42,873 nucleotides of DNA from Stramenopiles sp. TOSAG23-2 (lineage: Eukaryota): assembly GCA_900128395.1 (NCBI GenBank), contig LT649297.1, forward strand, positions 1 through 42,873. Direction: 5' to 3'. Both the position numbers and the translations under genes were made by a program. The notes below the pieces were generated by a model. The model did not search any database and was not told the DNA's origin. It saw only the letters and a program-made list of their open reading frames with translations. Of this stretch, positions 11,252 to 22,258 are shown piece after piece (within the stretch, counting starts at the first letter, position 1; the number at the start of each line of letters is the position of its first letter).

Positions 11252-13327
11252 CTACCTTCCACGCCGCATCGTTGCTTTTTGCCTAGCTTTAATTGTTTTA
11301 CTTTCCTCATCATCACTACCAGTATAATCATCAAAACGACAAACAGGCGCATTAAACTTTGTTAATGCTTTTGGACCTAGATGAGCACCATTATTTTCAT
11401 TAATTGCTTGACGAGCGACAGAACAATTTCGTCTTTGATGTTTACATATTTGTCGAAATTGTGGAAATGTCACTGCAGTTCGTAAACTATCCTCAATTTG
11501 CCCCATCATTAATAATACTTCTTTTTTTGAAAAATTCAATGGCAATTGGAATAATATAGCATATAGACTAGTTAAATCGTGTAATTTTTCATGGTTTTCA
11601 TAAAGTTTAAAAATTCTTGTACATTCAGGATTTTGAAAGAAAACTTCCAATTGACGAGCAATTCTATCCTTTGCTTGTGCAGCTTCGCGTCGATCTAAAA
11701 TTGCACCTGCAAATCTACGTTTCAATTTCTTAGTTGCTTCTGAAAACGTACGCCTATTGAAAAATGTCCATGAAAATTCTTCATAATTAATTACCCCATC
11801 GCCATCTGGATCAAATCGTTCATATGCTGCTAAACATTCATGTGGTGTTAATGAATCATCGAAACTACGCATACATTGAACAAATTCTTCTTTATCGACA
11901 ACACCATTGCCATCGATATCAAACTCTTTAAACGCTCGTTTTAAATCAAATTTGTCATCTACCATAGAAATTTCACGAATTTTTGCCATACAAATATCTG
12001 CAGCGCGTTCCAAACGTACACTATCTTCGGGTAAAGTCCCTTGTGATTGACACCATGCACTTAATATACGTGCTTGTAACATATCCGTCGATGCACCAAG
12101 TTTAATCGTAGGCTTTTCCACTAATGACTCACCGCCATTTAACACACCTTGACCACTTTGGCTTAATGAATCTAAATTCAATGGTGGCAAATCACCACTC
12201 ATGGATCCCATCCGAATGCTACCACTACTACGACTACCTTTCAATGATCCCATTGATTTTGTATTTCCTGGTAATTTACGTCGCCTATTTGGTCTTTTAA
12301 TTGTTAACTCTTTTTCTTTTTGCTTTGCCTCTTCTTCTTCTTCCTCCTTTGTTTTCGTCTCCATTTTTTTCTTTTTCTTTATATTTGGCAATGATTGCGA
12401 TTTACCTAAATTGGAATTCTTCCCTTGCGCTGCTTTTTTCAATGCACGACGATTGTTAAATACCCATGCAAATTCTTGATATTCAATATCACCACCACCA
12501 TCTGGATCAAATCGTGTGAACACTAAATCCATCTCTTGTTGATTCAATTCGATTCCAATCTCTCGTAAGACCATATTTAATTCATGTGGTTCAATCGTGC
12601 CATCTGCATTGACATCAAACTTTTCAAATGCAGTTTTTAAATCGAAATTTTTCTTTTTCTTTGCCATCTCTCGTATTTTATCCATCACTTCATCCACAGC
12701 AGCTTCTAAACCTTGCCTTTTTCGTAACTCTGATTTTTCCTTTGTTGCTTTTACCCATATATGCATGTGTTTTCCGGTTCGATGGTTCCGATGATGTTTC
12801 CATTTTCCACTTGGTGGTTTTGCTTTTTTCGCTTCTTTTTCATCTTTTTTCTTTTGTTTATGATGTGCATGCATCCTAATGTATGCTTTTATGTAAAATT
12901 TAAAATCGTGATAATTTGTTGTCTCGCCATGATCCATAAAATAATCCCGTGCTATGGTAACTTCCCGTCTCGTTAAATTCATATCCAACATATGTAAAAT
13001 AGCTGTTAATGAAGTTTTATTTGCTGGCCTCCACTCTGGTGTTTTCTTTGCTTTAGGATATGTTGCAGGATATTTATTCCCTTCCGTAAATCGAACAAAT
13101 AAACCTTTCACGTTAAAATCACGTAATGCTAAACGTAAATGTTTCATTAAACCTTTTAATTTTGTTTGTGTTTTTCTACGTTTATTCCAATGTTCCAACC
13201 ATTCCTCTGATTTACCTTTATTTGCTTTTTCTAAAAATTCATCTTTTTCTGGTAAAACTGATTTCCTAACAACGGCCCATTTTTCCTGCGCACGCAACTT
13301 CGCCTCTCTCCGTTCAAACGAATCCAT
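11252..13327 (-). CDS. Multi-EF-hand calcium-binding protein (two duplicated EF-hand pairs)
   Basis: EF loops DVNADGTIEPHE, DPDGGGDIEYQE, DIDGNGVVDKEE and DPDGDGVINYEE; each pair is flanked by KIRE..FDLK.AF and F(N/F)NRR. Confidence 0.88.
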   Translation of the reverse strand: MDSFERREAKLRAQEKWAVVRKSVLPEKDEFLEKANKGKSEEWLEHWNKRRKTQTKLKGLMKHLRLALRDFNVKGLFVRFTEGNKYPATYPKAKKTPEWRPANKTSLTAILHMLDMNLTRREVTIARDYFMDHGETTNYHDFKFYIKAYIRMHAHHKQKKKDEKEAKKAKPPSGKWKHHRNHRTGKHMHIWVKATKEKSELRKRQGLEAAVDEVMDKIREMAKKKKNFDLKTAFEKFDVNADGTIEPHELNMVLREIGIELNQQEMDLVFTRFDPDGGGDIEYQEFAWVFNNRRALKKAAQGKNSNLGKSQSLPNIKKKKKMETKTKEEEEEEAKQKEKELTIKRPNRRRKLPGNTKSMGSLKGSRSSGSIRMGSMSGDLPPLNLDSLSQSGQGVLNGGESLVEKPTIKLGASTDMLQARILSAWCQSQGTLPEDSVRLERAADICMAKIREISMVDDKFDLKRAFKEFDIDGNGVVDKEEFVQCMRSFDDSLTPHECLAAYERFDPDGDGVINYEEFSWTFFNRRTFSEATKKLKRRFAGAILDRREAAQAKDRIARQLEVFFQNPECTRIFKLYENHEKLHDLTSLYAILFQLPLNFSKKEVLLMMGQIEDSLRTAVTFPQFRQICKHQRRNCSVARQAINENNGAHLGPKALTKFNAPVCRFDDYTGSDDEESKTIKARQKATMRRGR

Positions 13328-13541
13328 TTATGTATGGCTGTATATACAATCCTTTTTTTGGTTAGAATAGTTTTGTTGTTGTATATCTTCTCTTTTATTT
13401 ATTTATATATATATATATATACTTTTAATTGTGGTACATTGTATATCACCGTATCATACTCAATTGGATTTTTATAAGTATATATACTTATTTATACGTT
13501 ATTGATGATTTGCTGCATTTTTTATTTTTTTTCCAAGAAGA

Positions 13542-13594
13542 AGGCTGGCAGGCTGGCTGCTCGCTGGGCTGGAAGGCTGGGAAGGCCAGAAGGC
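13542..13594. repeat. GC-rich (A/G)GGCTGG short-unit array
   Basis: AGGCTGGCAGGCTGGCTGCTCGCTGGGCTGGAAGGCTGGGAAGGCCAGAAGGC. Confidence 0.65.
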
Positions 13595-14200
13595 GCAACA
13601 AAAGAAGAAGAGCGGCGATTATTTTAAGCTTAAATATAAATAGGCCTGTGATTGAATTATTTATTATTTACGCGTACGATGGTGTTTAATATAGACACAG
13701 CACTACTAAGATAAACCTTAATACTAACATTCTTTTCCAACTTAAGAAGTGCTTTAACCAAGTCCATTATAGAAGTTTTAACTTCTTTCACTGTCTTTGT
13801 ATTTTTTGTTCTTTTGGGAACTCTAACTTGGATGACAAATTTACGTTTACTTTCTTTTTTAACAAAAGTTCTCTGATTTGTGTGTATCTGGCATCTTTTT
13901 TTGTTTCTTTTTTCTTTTTTTCTTTGGCCTTTTCTTCCCTTCAAAAATCAATTTGTTTTTGGCGTGAGGTTTTTTTCTCATCCACAGTAATTTTACATAT
14001 TGTATTTCTAATTTCAGTCAATTTTGTATACATGTATCTTTTATATTTTTCGTTATCTCTATTTGCTTTGATAAAATTATTAATTCTTATGTTTCCTAAA
14101 ATGTTTACGATTTTTGCTATGGCGAGCCATGATTCTCATTTGTTTAAGTCCATTAGTATTTTAATTGCAACTTTTACTGCTAAGCAATTTTCATTACAAT

Positions 14201-14670
14201 AGCAGAGAGGAATTATATGAAGACTGGTTGGCAAGGTGGGATCAGCAGTTGGGATATTTGTCATTTTATCTAAGATATCGAAGCCTTCAAATAGCCATGA
14301 AAAAGGGGTCTACCGCGCAAACAGCAGCAATGTACACTCTCATACGTTCCTGCAAATTGGATGGAATATTCTTTGATGAGAAGTATGCATATATTTTGAA
14401 AAAGGCAAGTTAATAAATCTTGCAGTAGAGGAAGTAGTGTGGATCAAGAACTTACTTACAGAATTAGGCAAAAAGATTGAACAACCAACAATAAAAATAT
14501 AGAAAAATATACTGGTTGCTTATATTTTCCAAATTATCATATATACTTTATTACAAAACACGGATCATTTTGAGGTAAATAGTTTAGGAGGTCAATATAG
14601 TAAAACCCCCCTCAAAAAAAAAATAGAAAAACAAACAAAATTGCAGACCCATTACCACATAAGGTGTTGG
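14201..14670 (+). mobile_element. Highly degraded, internally deleted Ty1/copia LTR-retrotransposon relic
   Basis: Colinear fragments across frameshifts: WLARWDQQLGYLSF (like GAG-pre-integrase WHxRLGHxS), IFFDEKYAYILKK (like integrase FWxEAxxxAxYxxNR), then RNase H-like AVEEVVWIKNLLTELGKKIEQPTI, TGCLY, TKH, EVNIVK and IADPL. Confidence 0.7.
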
Positions 14671-15023
14671 ATATTGAACCTTACAGTAACATTGGAATCC
14701 AGGGAATCCTCCTCCTGTAAATTCATGTTCCAATCAGGGTTACAACACCCTTTTGTATTTTTGGTATTTTAATTTAGTAGAGCTGTTGAACCTCCCAGCA
14801 TGGAATAGCACTGCAATATCACTAGAGAGGATTAGTCTAATAAGTTAATTTGATCGAAGAAGAAGAAGAAAGAAAAAAATATATATACACTATGTGCATA
14901 TCAATATACATCAACGTTTTACATATATACATAAAACAATATATATATCACATACATCATAAACAACCAACCTTTCCCAATACAACAACAACAACAACAA
15001 CAACAACAACTACAAATATCATC

Positions 15024-15225
15024 ATGGCATCGTTGTTATCGGAAATACCAACATCACCAGAACGAGCAAGTACAAATAGCCACGGTAATGATAATAATAA
15101 TGATAATAATAATGAAAATAATCATGATATTGCAATTGCTAATGTAGCAAGAAATACAACAGAAGATGATGAGTTGGAATCAACCTTTGTAACTATGTCG
15201 CATCAACAACAACAACAGCAGCAGC

Positions 15226-15257
<32 letters not shown>

Positions 15258-16763
15258 CTTTCATATAGCTATGAACTTGCCGATGCAGCAGTGAGCAAAT
15301 TATGCCGTTGGTTCCCAGTCAATGTAAATGGAGTGGTAAAACCTTGTAAACGTTCTTTACATAGTGCATCCGTTTATAATGATTTTGTATTAGTATTTGG
15401 TGGTTACGATGGTTTAAACCGTGTAAATGATTTGTATAAATTTAATTTAACAACGAAAACTTGGACCAAAGAATCTCCTGGTGGAGCATCAAGAGGTGTA
15501 CCTCCATCACCACGTGATAGGCATACTGCAGTTGTACATGGGAATTCGTTCTACGTATTTGGTGGATATGATGGTAGTAGTCGTGTAAATGATTTCTTTA
15601 AATATGATTTAGAACGTAAAACATGGTCGGAAGTATTGGCAATTAATGGGACACCACCAACACCGCGGCATTCCCATGCTGCTGTTGTGTATGGTGATTC
15701 CATGTTTGTATTTGGTGGTTACGATGGATCCTATAGAAAAGACTTTCATGAATTCAATTTTAAAACGTCTACATGGACGCAAGTACCGAAAATGGGTCGT
15801 GTACCTCATGCTCGATATCGTACCGCATGTGTCGTACATGGTGATTGTATGGTTTTATTTGGTGGGCATGATGGTGCACATCATTTAGATGATACTGCTG
15901 TATTTAATTTTACAACACGCATGTGGCATGTATTGAAAACAAGAGGTTCGCCACCACGACATCGCGATTCACACGTTGCTGTTGCAAATGGGAATTGTTT
16001 TTACATCTTTGGTGGCTCCACTGGAAGTGCCATGAATGATTTTTGGGAATTAAATATGAAAACAGCGCAATGGCGTTTAGTCCCAGCTGCAGGTACAGCA
16101 CCATGTCCACGATTTTGTCATGTTGCCGTCTCTCATAAGGATAGCATGTTGGTCTTTGGTGGTTATGATGGTGCAGATAGATTGAATGATTTTATACAAT
16201 TTAATTTTGGCCCAGATGTTACGTCAACATGTACGATCCCACCATCATCTATTACACAAGATTTAAGTGAATTTATTAACAATGAGCTTGGCAGCGATGT
16301 TAGTTTTATCGTTGAAGGTAAAAAAATATATGCACATAAAATCATGTGTATGCGATGTCCATATTTGCGTAGTATGTTATGCAGTGAAATGAGAGAAAGC
16401 AAACAGAAAGAAATTGTATTGCATGAAATTAAGTATGAATCCTTTTTATCAGTATTGCAATATTTATATACCGATGAGGTGGATGTTGATTTAGAAACAG
16501 CAATGTCATTGTTTCAAATTGCAGATCAATTTGGTATTGATCGTATGAGGATGATCTGTGAAAGTTGTATTTTAAGCTCTGTAAATATAGACAATGCAGC
16601 ATCTGTTCTACTTGCTGCTGATGCAACACGTGCACGAGATTTAAGAATGAAATGCATGACATTTATTTTACAAAACTTCGATGCCGTCTCTAAAACAACA
16701 TCCTTTACGGAAATGGGACGATCCAATGTAGAGTTAGTATTGGAAATATTACGAAAAAGGTGA
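15024..16763 (+). CDS. Kelch-repeat plus BTB/POZ protein (LZTR1-like Cul3 adaptor)
   Basis: Six Kelch repeats (HSA..VLVFGGYDG..ND..W) and a BTB domain SDVSFIVEGKKIYAHK..LQYLYTD; poly-Gln N-terminus. The ATG at 15024 is preferred over the low-complexity upstream extension. Confidence 0.92.
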
Positions 16764-17258
16764 AAAAAAGAAAGAAAGAGAGAGAGATAGAGAGATAGAG
16801 AGATCTGGTATATTTTTCTCATATAATGTATATAAAATTTAATGAAAAATATAATTATTATCTCATCATAATCATCATACCAGGGCATACTGGCATATTA
16901 TACGCACATCATCATATACATGTATATGTATTATACCTATTGCTGCTTTATATACCGATCTTCTTACGGAAGGAGAAAAAAAATCCAAGGTGTCATACTT
17001 TTTTAAAAATATTATAAGTATGAATTTAAGGTATACTAACATTCCAATCAATGATGTGATTTTTGGCAAAAAAGAAGAACAACAAGATATTGTTTCAGCA
17101 CACAACATACCATAACAATTATATATTTCAATATAAACAAAATACTTGTACAGAGATGAAAATAGAAAATCTTGTTCATAAATAATACAAACACATACAC
17201 ACGCACATACATTCACACATTCATACATCTATATATATATATAGTTAGAAGACACAAT

Positions 17259-18134
17259 ATGATAAAATTGCTCATATTTTCAGCAACACTTCTTGTCGTT
17301 GCTGAAGCATCAAAATGGGGACAACAACAAAGATCAAATAATAGGAGACTAATCACATGGAAGTCAGCACAGAAACAGTTTTCAAAGCGTCAAAAAGACT
17401 GGAACGATGGTTATGCATGGAAATTTGATACGGATGAAGAAATGGTTGAAGGTGCACCAGTCTCTGCATACCAACACGTTACTGCTCGGTGTAATGACCA
17501 ATATCCAAAGTATTCAGTACCGTGGGCTACTTGTATATCAAATGGTTTTCGTAAAGTTAGCCATTATAATGATGCTGCAAGATTTGATATTGATGAAGAT
17601 GCTGTTCCGTTTGACATTGCTGCTCCACAAAGATTTAGGGGTGTACCAAAAGAACGATGCTTTTGCTCCAACGGTGGTGATGGTTCAGGTGCTTGCACCA
17701 CTGTCAAATATTGTAACTCAAGATCAGACGGTGGATATCGTTGTTCTCCAGTTGATAATGGATGCAATGACATTTATCCAGGACAAACTCAAAGTTTTGA
17801 TGAAGAACCTTCTCGCAGAAAATGTGACAAAAGATCAAGAATCGCTTTCTTGGCAAGGTTACCAATGCCATTGAAACATCGATTGTACCTGTTAAAACAA
17901 ATGCAACCACAATGTTCTCAAATGAGTTTTGATCGTTATTGTAATGGATGTTCACATATCATGGACAATAGTAAATTTGATCGATGTATGCTTGATACAA
18001 ATATTCCTGAAACACCGAAAGAGAATGAAATTTGCACAAAAGAAATATTTGCGTCGGCAGCGTTTTGCCTCAAACAAAAGGTTAAAACTAGGTTCAATCG
18101 TTGGTGCTTTGCGAAAGGACCTTATATTCCATAA
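17259..18134 (+). CDS. Secreted Cys-rich protein of unknown function
   Basis: ATG at 17259 gives signal peptide MIKLLIFSATLLVVAEA, followed by an NRRL motif and many spaced cysteines. Confidence 0.75.
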   Translation: MIKLLIFSATLLVVAEASKWGQQQRSNNRRLITWKSAQKQFSKRQKDWNDGYAWKFDTDEEMVEGAPVSAYQHVTARCNDQYPKYSVPWATCISNGFRKVSHYNDAARFDIDEDAVPFDIAAPQRFRGVPKERCFCSNGGDGSGACTTVKYCNSRSDGGYRCSPVDNGCNDIYPGQTQSFDEEPSRRKCDKRSRIAFLARLPMPLKHRLYLLKQMQPQCSQMSFDRYCNGCSHIMDNSKFDRCMLDTNIPETPKENEICTKEIFASAAFCLKQKVKTRFNRWCFAKGPYIP

Positions 18135-18404
18135 TCCTTTATATATTATACACGTATAATTTAGTTTATATCCTGAGTAAATTAAAAAAAATTATATGCC
18201 CATTTTTCATCACCAGAAGGTTGATAATAACATCTATTTTACCTTCGTACGCGTTAATATATTATTTATACTTCGTATCATATCTCTCACAAAATCTCTC
18301 TTTTACTACGAGTTGTAGATCATAAAACTTTTAACTATCATACACTTGAACCACATCATACTTTCCCATACTACCGTATATATAGATCTCTCTTCCCCCC
18401 CCCC

Positions 18405-20621
18405 TTACCACATACGAACACGGAAATCCTCTTCTAAAAACATTTGATCACCTTCTTTTACATCAAATGCTTTGTAAAATTCATTCATATGTTGTACTAA
18501 ATTGGCACGGAATTCACAAGGGGCATGTGGATCTGTAGTTAAGCGATTGATACGTGAATCTTTTTTAATATTCAATTTCCAAACATTTGCCCAACTTTTA
18601 AACAATATACGTAAAGATGCTTTAACGGTATCTTCACTTTTGCCTTCCACACTTTTTAACAATGCTTGCAAGCTTAATGATAAACCGCCTAAATCAGCTA
18701 GATTCTCCCCCATACATAATTTTGGATTCATTTTGTATAATTTATTATCATCTTCCGTATCGATAAATTGATATTTCTCTGCTGATTTAGCCATAATTTC
18801 AGTTTTTCCCTTGAACAAATCTGCATCTTCCGACGTCCACCAATCATTTAAATTTCCATCGCCATCAAATTTTCTACCTTTATCATCGTAACCATGTGTA
18901 ATTTCATGTGCAATCACAGCACCTATACCACCAAAATTTGCTGGCTTTGCTAAATTAATACTATCATCCAATTTTTGTTCATCGGATACATCGAAATCTA
19001 CGGTAGATGAGTCTTTGTGGTAAAATGGGGGTTGTAAAATTGCAGCTGGGAAAACAATTTCATTTTGTGTTGGCATGAAATATGCATTGACCGTCTGTGG
19101 TGTCATACGCCATTCTTCACGATCTAATACAGAATTTAATTTACGAAAAAATTCCATATTTAATCTCCATTTAGTAGCCTTTTTACTAATGACATATAAT
19201 GAATCACCAACCTTGGCATTGAAATCAGAATAATCTTTCCATACATCTGGATACCCAATTTTCAACCTAAATTTGCTCAATTTCTCATTTGCTTTTGCCT
19301 TCGTATCTGCTGTTAACCAATCATTCTTTTGAATCGATACTTTCATAATATCTAATGTTTCAAGTATCATTTTTTTCACATCATCTTTACTTTCTTGTGT
19401 GAAATATTTTGCACAAAATATTTTACCCATCATTTCCCCAGCATATGCATTTACAATATTAATCGAACGTTTTTCATTTGTCTTTTGTTGTGCTTGCCCA
19501 CGCAATTCTTTTTGATAAAAATTGAAAAATTCATCATCAAAATCTTTACTGCAAAAGCTAAATACTTTGTTGATGATTTTATATTGCATATATGATTTAT
19601 ATTTTGCAAAGTTTTTTTGATCCAGTATCATCGTCAAAACACGTCGAATACCATCGCCATCAAATGTAGTACAATGATCGACTTTAGGTCCATTTGAATC
19701 ATATTGAAAATGTTTCATCCTATTTGCTTGCATAATTTCCCGTAAATTAAACGATTCATAACAAGTTTCAAAGAAAACTTTGATTTTATTAATTGTTTGA
19801 TCATTTACACGATAATTACGATTTGCCTCTTCATAATTTGATTCTTTATCAGGCAATGAATTCAAATCATTAATTTTCTCATACATATCCGTCAACGTTG
19901 AATTGGTGTAATACCTATCGTATTCTCTGCTCTGAGCACGTTTCATTAAATAAGATGCTAACTCATTTTCAAAATCAAGTACATCTTGCACAAAGGTATC
20001 GCTTAATTGTACTGATTTATCTGCATCGTTTTTCTCAATTAACTTGGCAACATTTTCTAAATGAACTTTGAATAAATCTCGTTTTTTTGAAAAGTTATCA
20101 TCAAAATAATATTCACGTGATGGTAATGATAGGCCAGTAACAGAAAAATCTAACACGACATTGTTCACGTTTTTTAAATCACTACCTTTGTCAAAATCAA
20201 TCACGTTCCTGATACCACTAATTTGTGTATAATGCACATATTTACCAAGACGCTTGGCAAAGTCTTCATCATTTGCAAATGGTGTTTTTAAATCCATAAT
20301 ATCTTCTAACGCTTGCATTTCATTTGCAATAGGTGAAAAAGGACCTTCATTTTTTTCCCACATTTCAAAACGATCACAAGAAGCTTTCCATATTGCAAAT
20401 ATTTTTTCTTCCTCATCATTACGATCTGTTTTTTCTTGCAAATCTTTAACCAATTGAATTTGTTTTTTCAAACCAGTATCATGTAACTTCGTAAATCCAC
20501 CCCACTGTGAATACTCTGCTGGGATTTCATTTTCCGGTGCCGATAACCATTTTTTATTTACGTGTGAATAGAAATCTGTTTGTGGTGTTGGAATTTCCGT
20601 AGTAGTAGCAATCGTTGCCAT
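18405..20621 (-). CDS. M13 family zinc metallopeptidase (neprilysin/PepO-like), apparently soluble
   Basis: DFYSHVN, KIGYPD, VNAYF..NEIVFPAAILQPPF, GAVIAHEITHGYD (HExxH), GENLADLGG and DPHAP..R motifs. No signal peptide or TM anchor. Confidence 0.95.
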   Translation of the reverse strand: MATIATTTEIPTPQTDFYSHVNKKWLSAPENEIPAEYSQWGGFTKLHDTGLKKQIQLVKDLQEKTDRNDEEEKIFAIWKASCDRFEMWEKNEGPFSPIANEMQALEDIMDLKTPFANDEDFAKRLGKYVHYTQISGIRNVIDFDKGSDLKNVNNVVLDFSVTGLSLPSREYYFDDNFSKKRDLFKVHLENVAKLIEKNDADKSVQLSDTFVQDVLDFENELASYLMKRAQSREYDRYYTNSTLTDMYEKINDLNSLPDKESNYEEANRNYRVNDQTINKIKVFFETCYESFNLREIMQANRMKHFQYDSNGPKVDHCTTFDGDGIRRVLTMILDQKNFAKYKSYMQYKIINKVFSFCSKDFDDEFFNFYQKELRGQAQQKTNEKRSINIVNAYAGEMMGKIFCAKYFTQESKDDVKKMILETLDIMKVSIQKNDWLTADTKAKANEKLSKFRLKIGYPDVWKDYSDFNAKVGDSLYVISKKATKWRLNMEFFRKLNSVLDREEWRMTPQTVNAYFMPTQNEIVFPAAILQPPFYHKDSSTVDFDVSDEQKLDDSINLAKPANFGGIGAVIAHEITHGYDDKGRKFDGDGNLNDWWTSEDADLFKGKTEIMAKSAEKYQFIDTEDDNKLYKMNPKLCMGENLADLGGLSLSLQALLKSVEGKSEDTVKASLRILFKSWANVWKLNIKKDSRINRLTTDPHAPCEFRANLVQHMNEFYKAFDVKEGDQMFLEEDFRVRMW

Positions 20622-21361
20622 TTGTTTTTTTTCCCTTCTTATCAATTGATTTATACCTCCTCTGACGATAGCTATATATACAATATGATATATTATACCT
20701 TCTACAAATATTCTTTTCTATTATTCAAATAATATTGTTGTAATACAATATATAGATAATAAAACAACATATATTGCATTATTATTAGTTTTATTACCGA
20801 CCACCACACCACCACAGGTTGAGTGCAGGAGTAGTTTTGTTCGTCGATCGAAAAAAATCAATTTTGAAAGTGTTGTCGTCTGATCTATGTGCATTTCATA
20901 GATTTTGTCGGATATTTTCTGCGAGGCTTGGAAAGTCGAGGACAAAGATTACTCGATCCCAACGCTAAATGCCTTGTGCCCTTGTCTCAGCAAAAGCCCA
21001 AAATCAGGCAAATCATCAAATCAGGAATTATGAGCCCTATACTACTACATGTATTTGATATACGCAAAAGGGATTTCAAATTTCGTTCTTTTCTTCTACC
21101 ACCATGAACTTCTAAATAAAAAAAAAACTAGCTACTACTATACATGCACATGCAATCCAGCAATAATTAATTACTTTCCTGATGAAAACAGAGTGTAAGA
21201 TGATAGAAGATGACGATGAGCTTTTGTTTGTGTGTTGTTGATATTATTACAAAACAAGAAAAACATCATAGCACTACATTTTTAATTCATTTATTTTATA
21301 CAAAAAAAAGAACAAACTTGTGATACAAACAAAGCAAAAAAAATATTATTTAATATATATC

Positions 21362-21839
21362 ATGGCTACTGCATCACATTCATACTATACCTATTTTTTA
21401 TATGTATTATTTGCACTATATCCGTTGTTTATCATGTTTGGGAGAAAAACAGCGGCGAAAAAATCATCCAAATGTGCATGTGAAGATTGTACCGACTGTG
21501 GTGATTGCAGTGGTTGCAATGGTTGTAATAGCTGCAGTGAATGTACTGGCTGTGGTGATTGCAAAACATGTGCTGGATGTCAAAACTGTAAGTTAATCTT
21601 TAATAATTCTATTAATAATATATATTCTAACACACAAAATATTCAAACATGTGAAACATACTTCTAACGACAATCAAAAAATATTATTTTCTTTCTTGTA
21701 TATATTCAAAGGTAATGGCTGCAAACAGTGCACTAATTGCAAAGATTGTGTTAACTGCGAAGACTGCGAAGACTGTGCCAATTGCGTAGGATGCAAAGGA
21801 TTGAAAGGTGCTAAAAATTTAAAAAATGTACGAAAATAA
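21362..21839 (+). CDS. Small two-exon protein with N-terminal hydrophobic anchor and 22 consecutive CXX triplets (exons 21362-21587, 21712-21839)
   Basis: Intron 21588-21711 has a GTAAGT donor, a CTAAC branch point near 21664 and an AAG acceptor. Splicing rebuilds a TGT codon and keeps the CXX register. Confidence 0.85.
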
Positions 21840-22258
21840 ATTTTTCAAAAAACCAAACAGAACGAAAATTTAAAGAAATTTTCCTAATATTGGCTAACAG
21901 AAAAAGAGAAAAGAACAGAAAAAAATCATCTTATTAACAACTTTGGTATATGAGCACTATATTGTGGGGAAGCAAATCATCAGATAATATGTTTTCGAGA
22001 GAGAGAGAGAGAGAAATTATATGTGCGAGAGAGGCAATGCGAGTAAAATGTAATTTCAAAAAACATACATACTATCAAGTATATTTTCTATAATTTTGAC
22101 TATACAATCCCTTAGCCGTTTTAATAATGTTTTTTGTTGTTGTTGTTGTTTTTTGGTTTTTTCTTTTTTTTCTTAGTTGCTTTGCCTGTTGGATTCTTCT
22201 ACGCCTGGATTAATGGTCTGCTCGTGATTATATTCGTGTGATTATATAGAATAAGTAA

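Noticed and set aside
14850-15023. N-terminal extension of the Kelch-BTB ORF
   Set aside because: TTG start and (AT)n/(ACA)n low-complexity sequence typical of 5'UTRs here; the same applies to 17172-17258 and 32236-32352.
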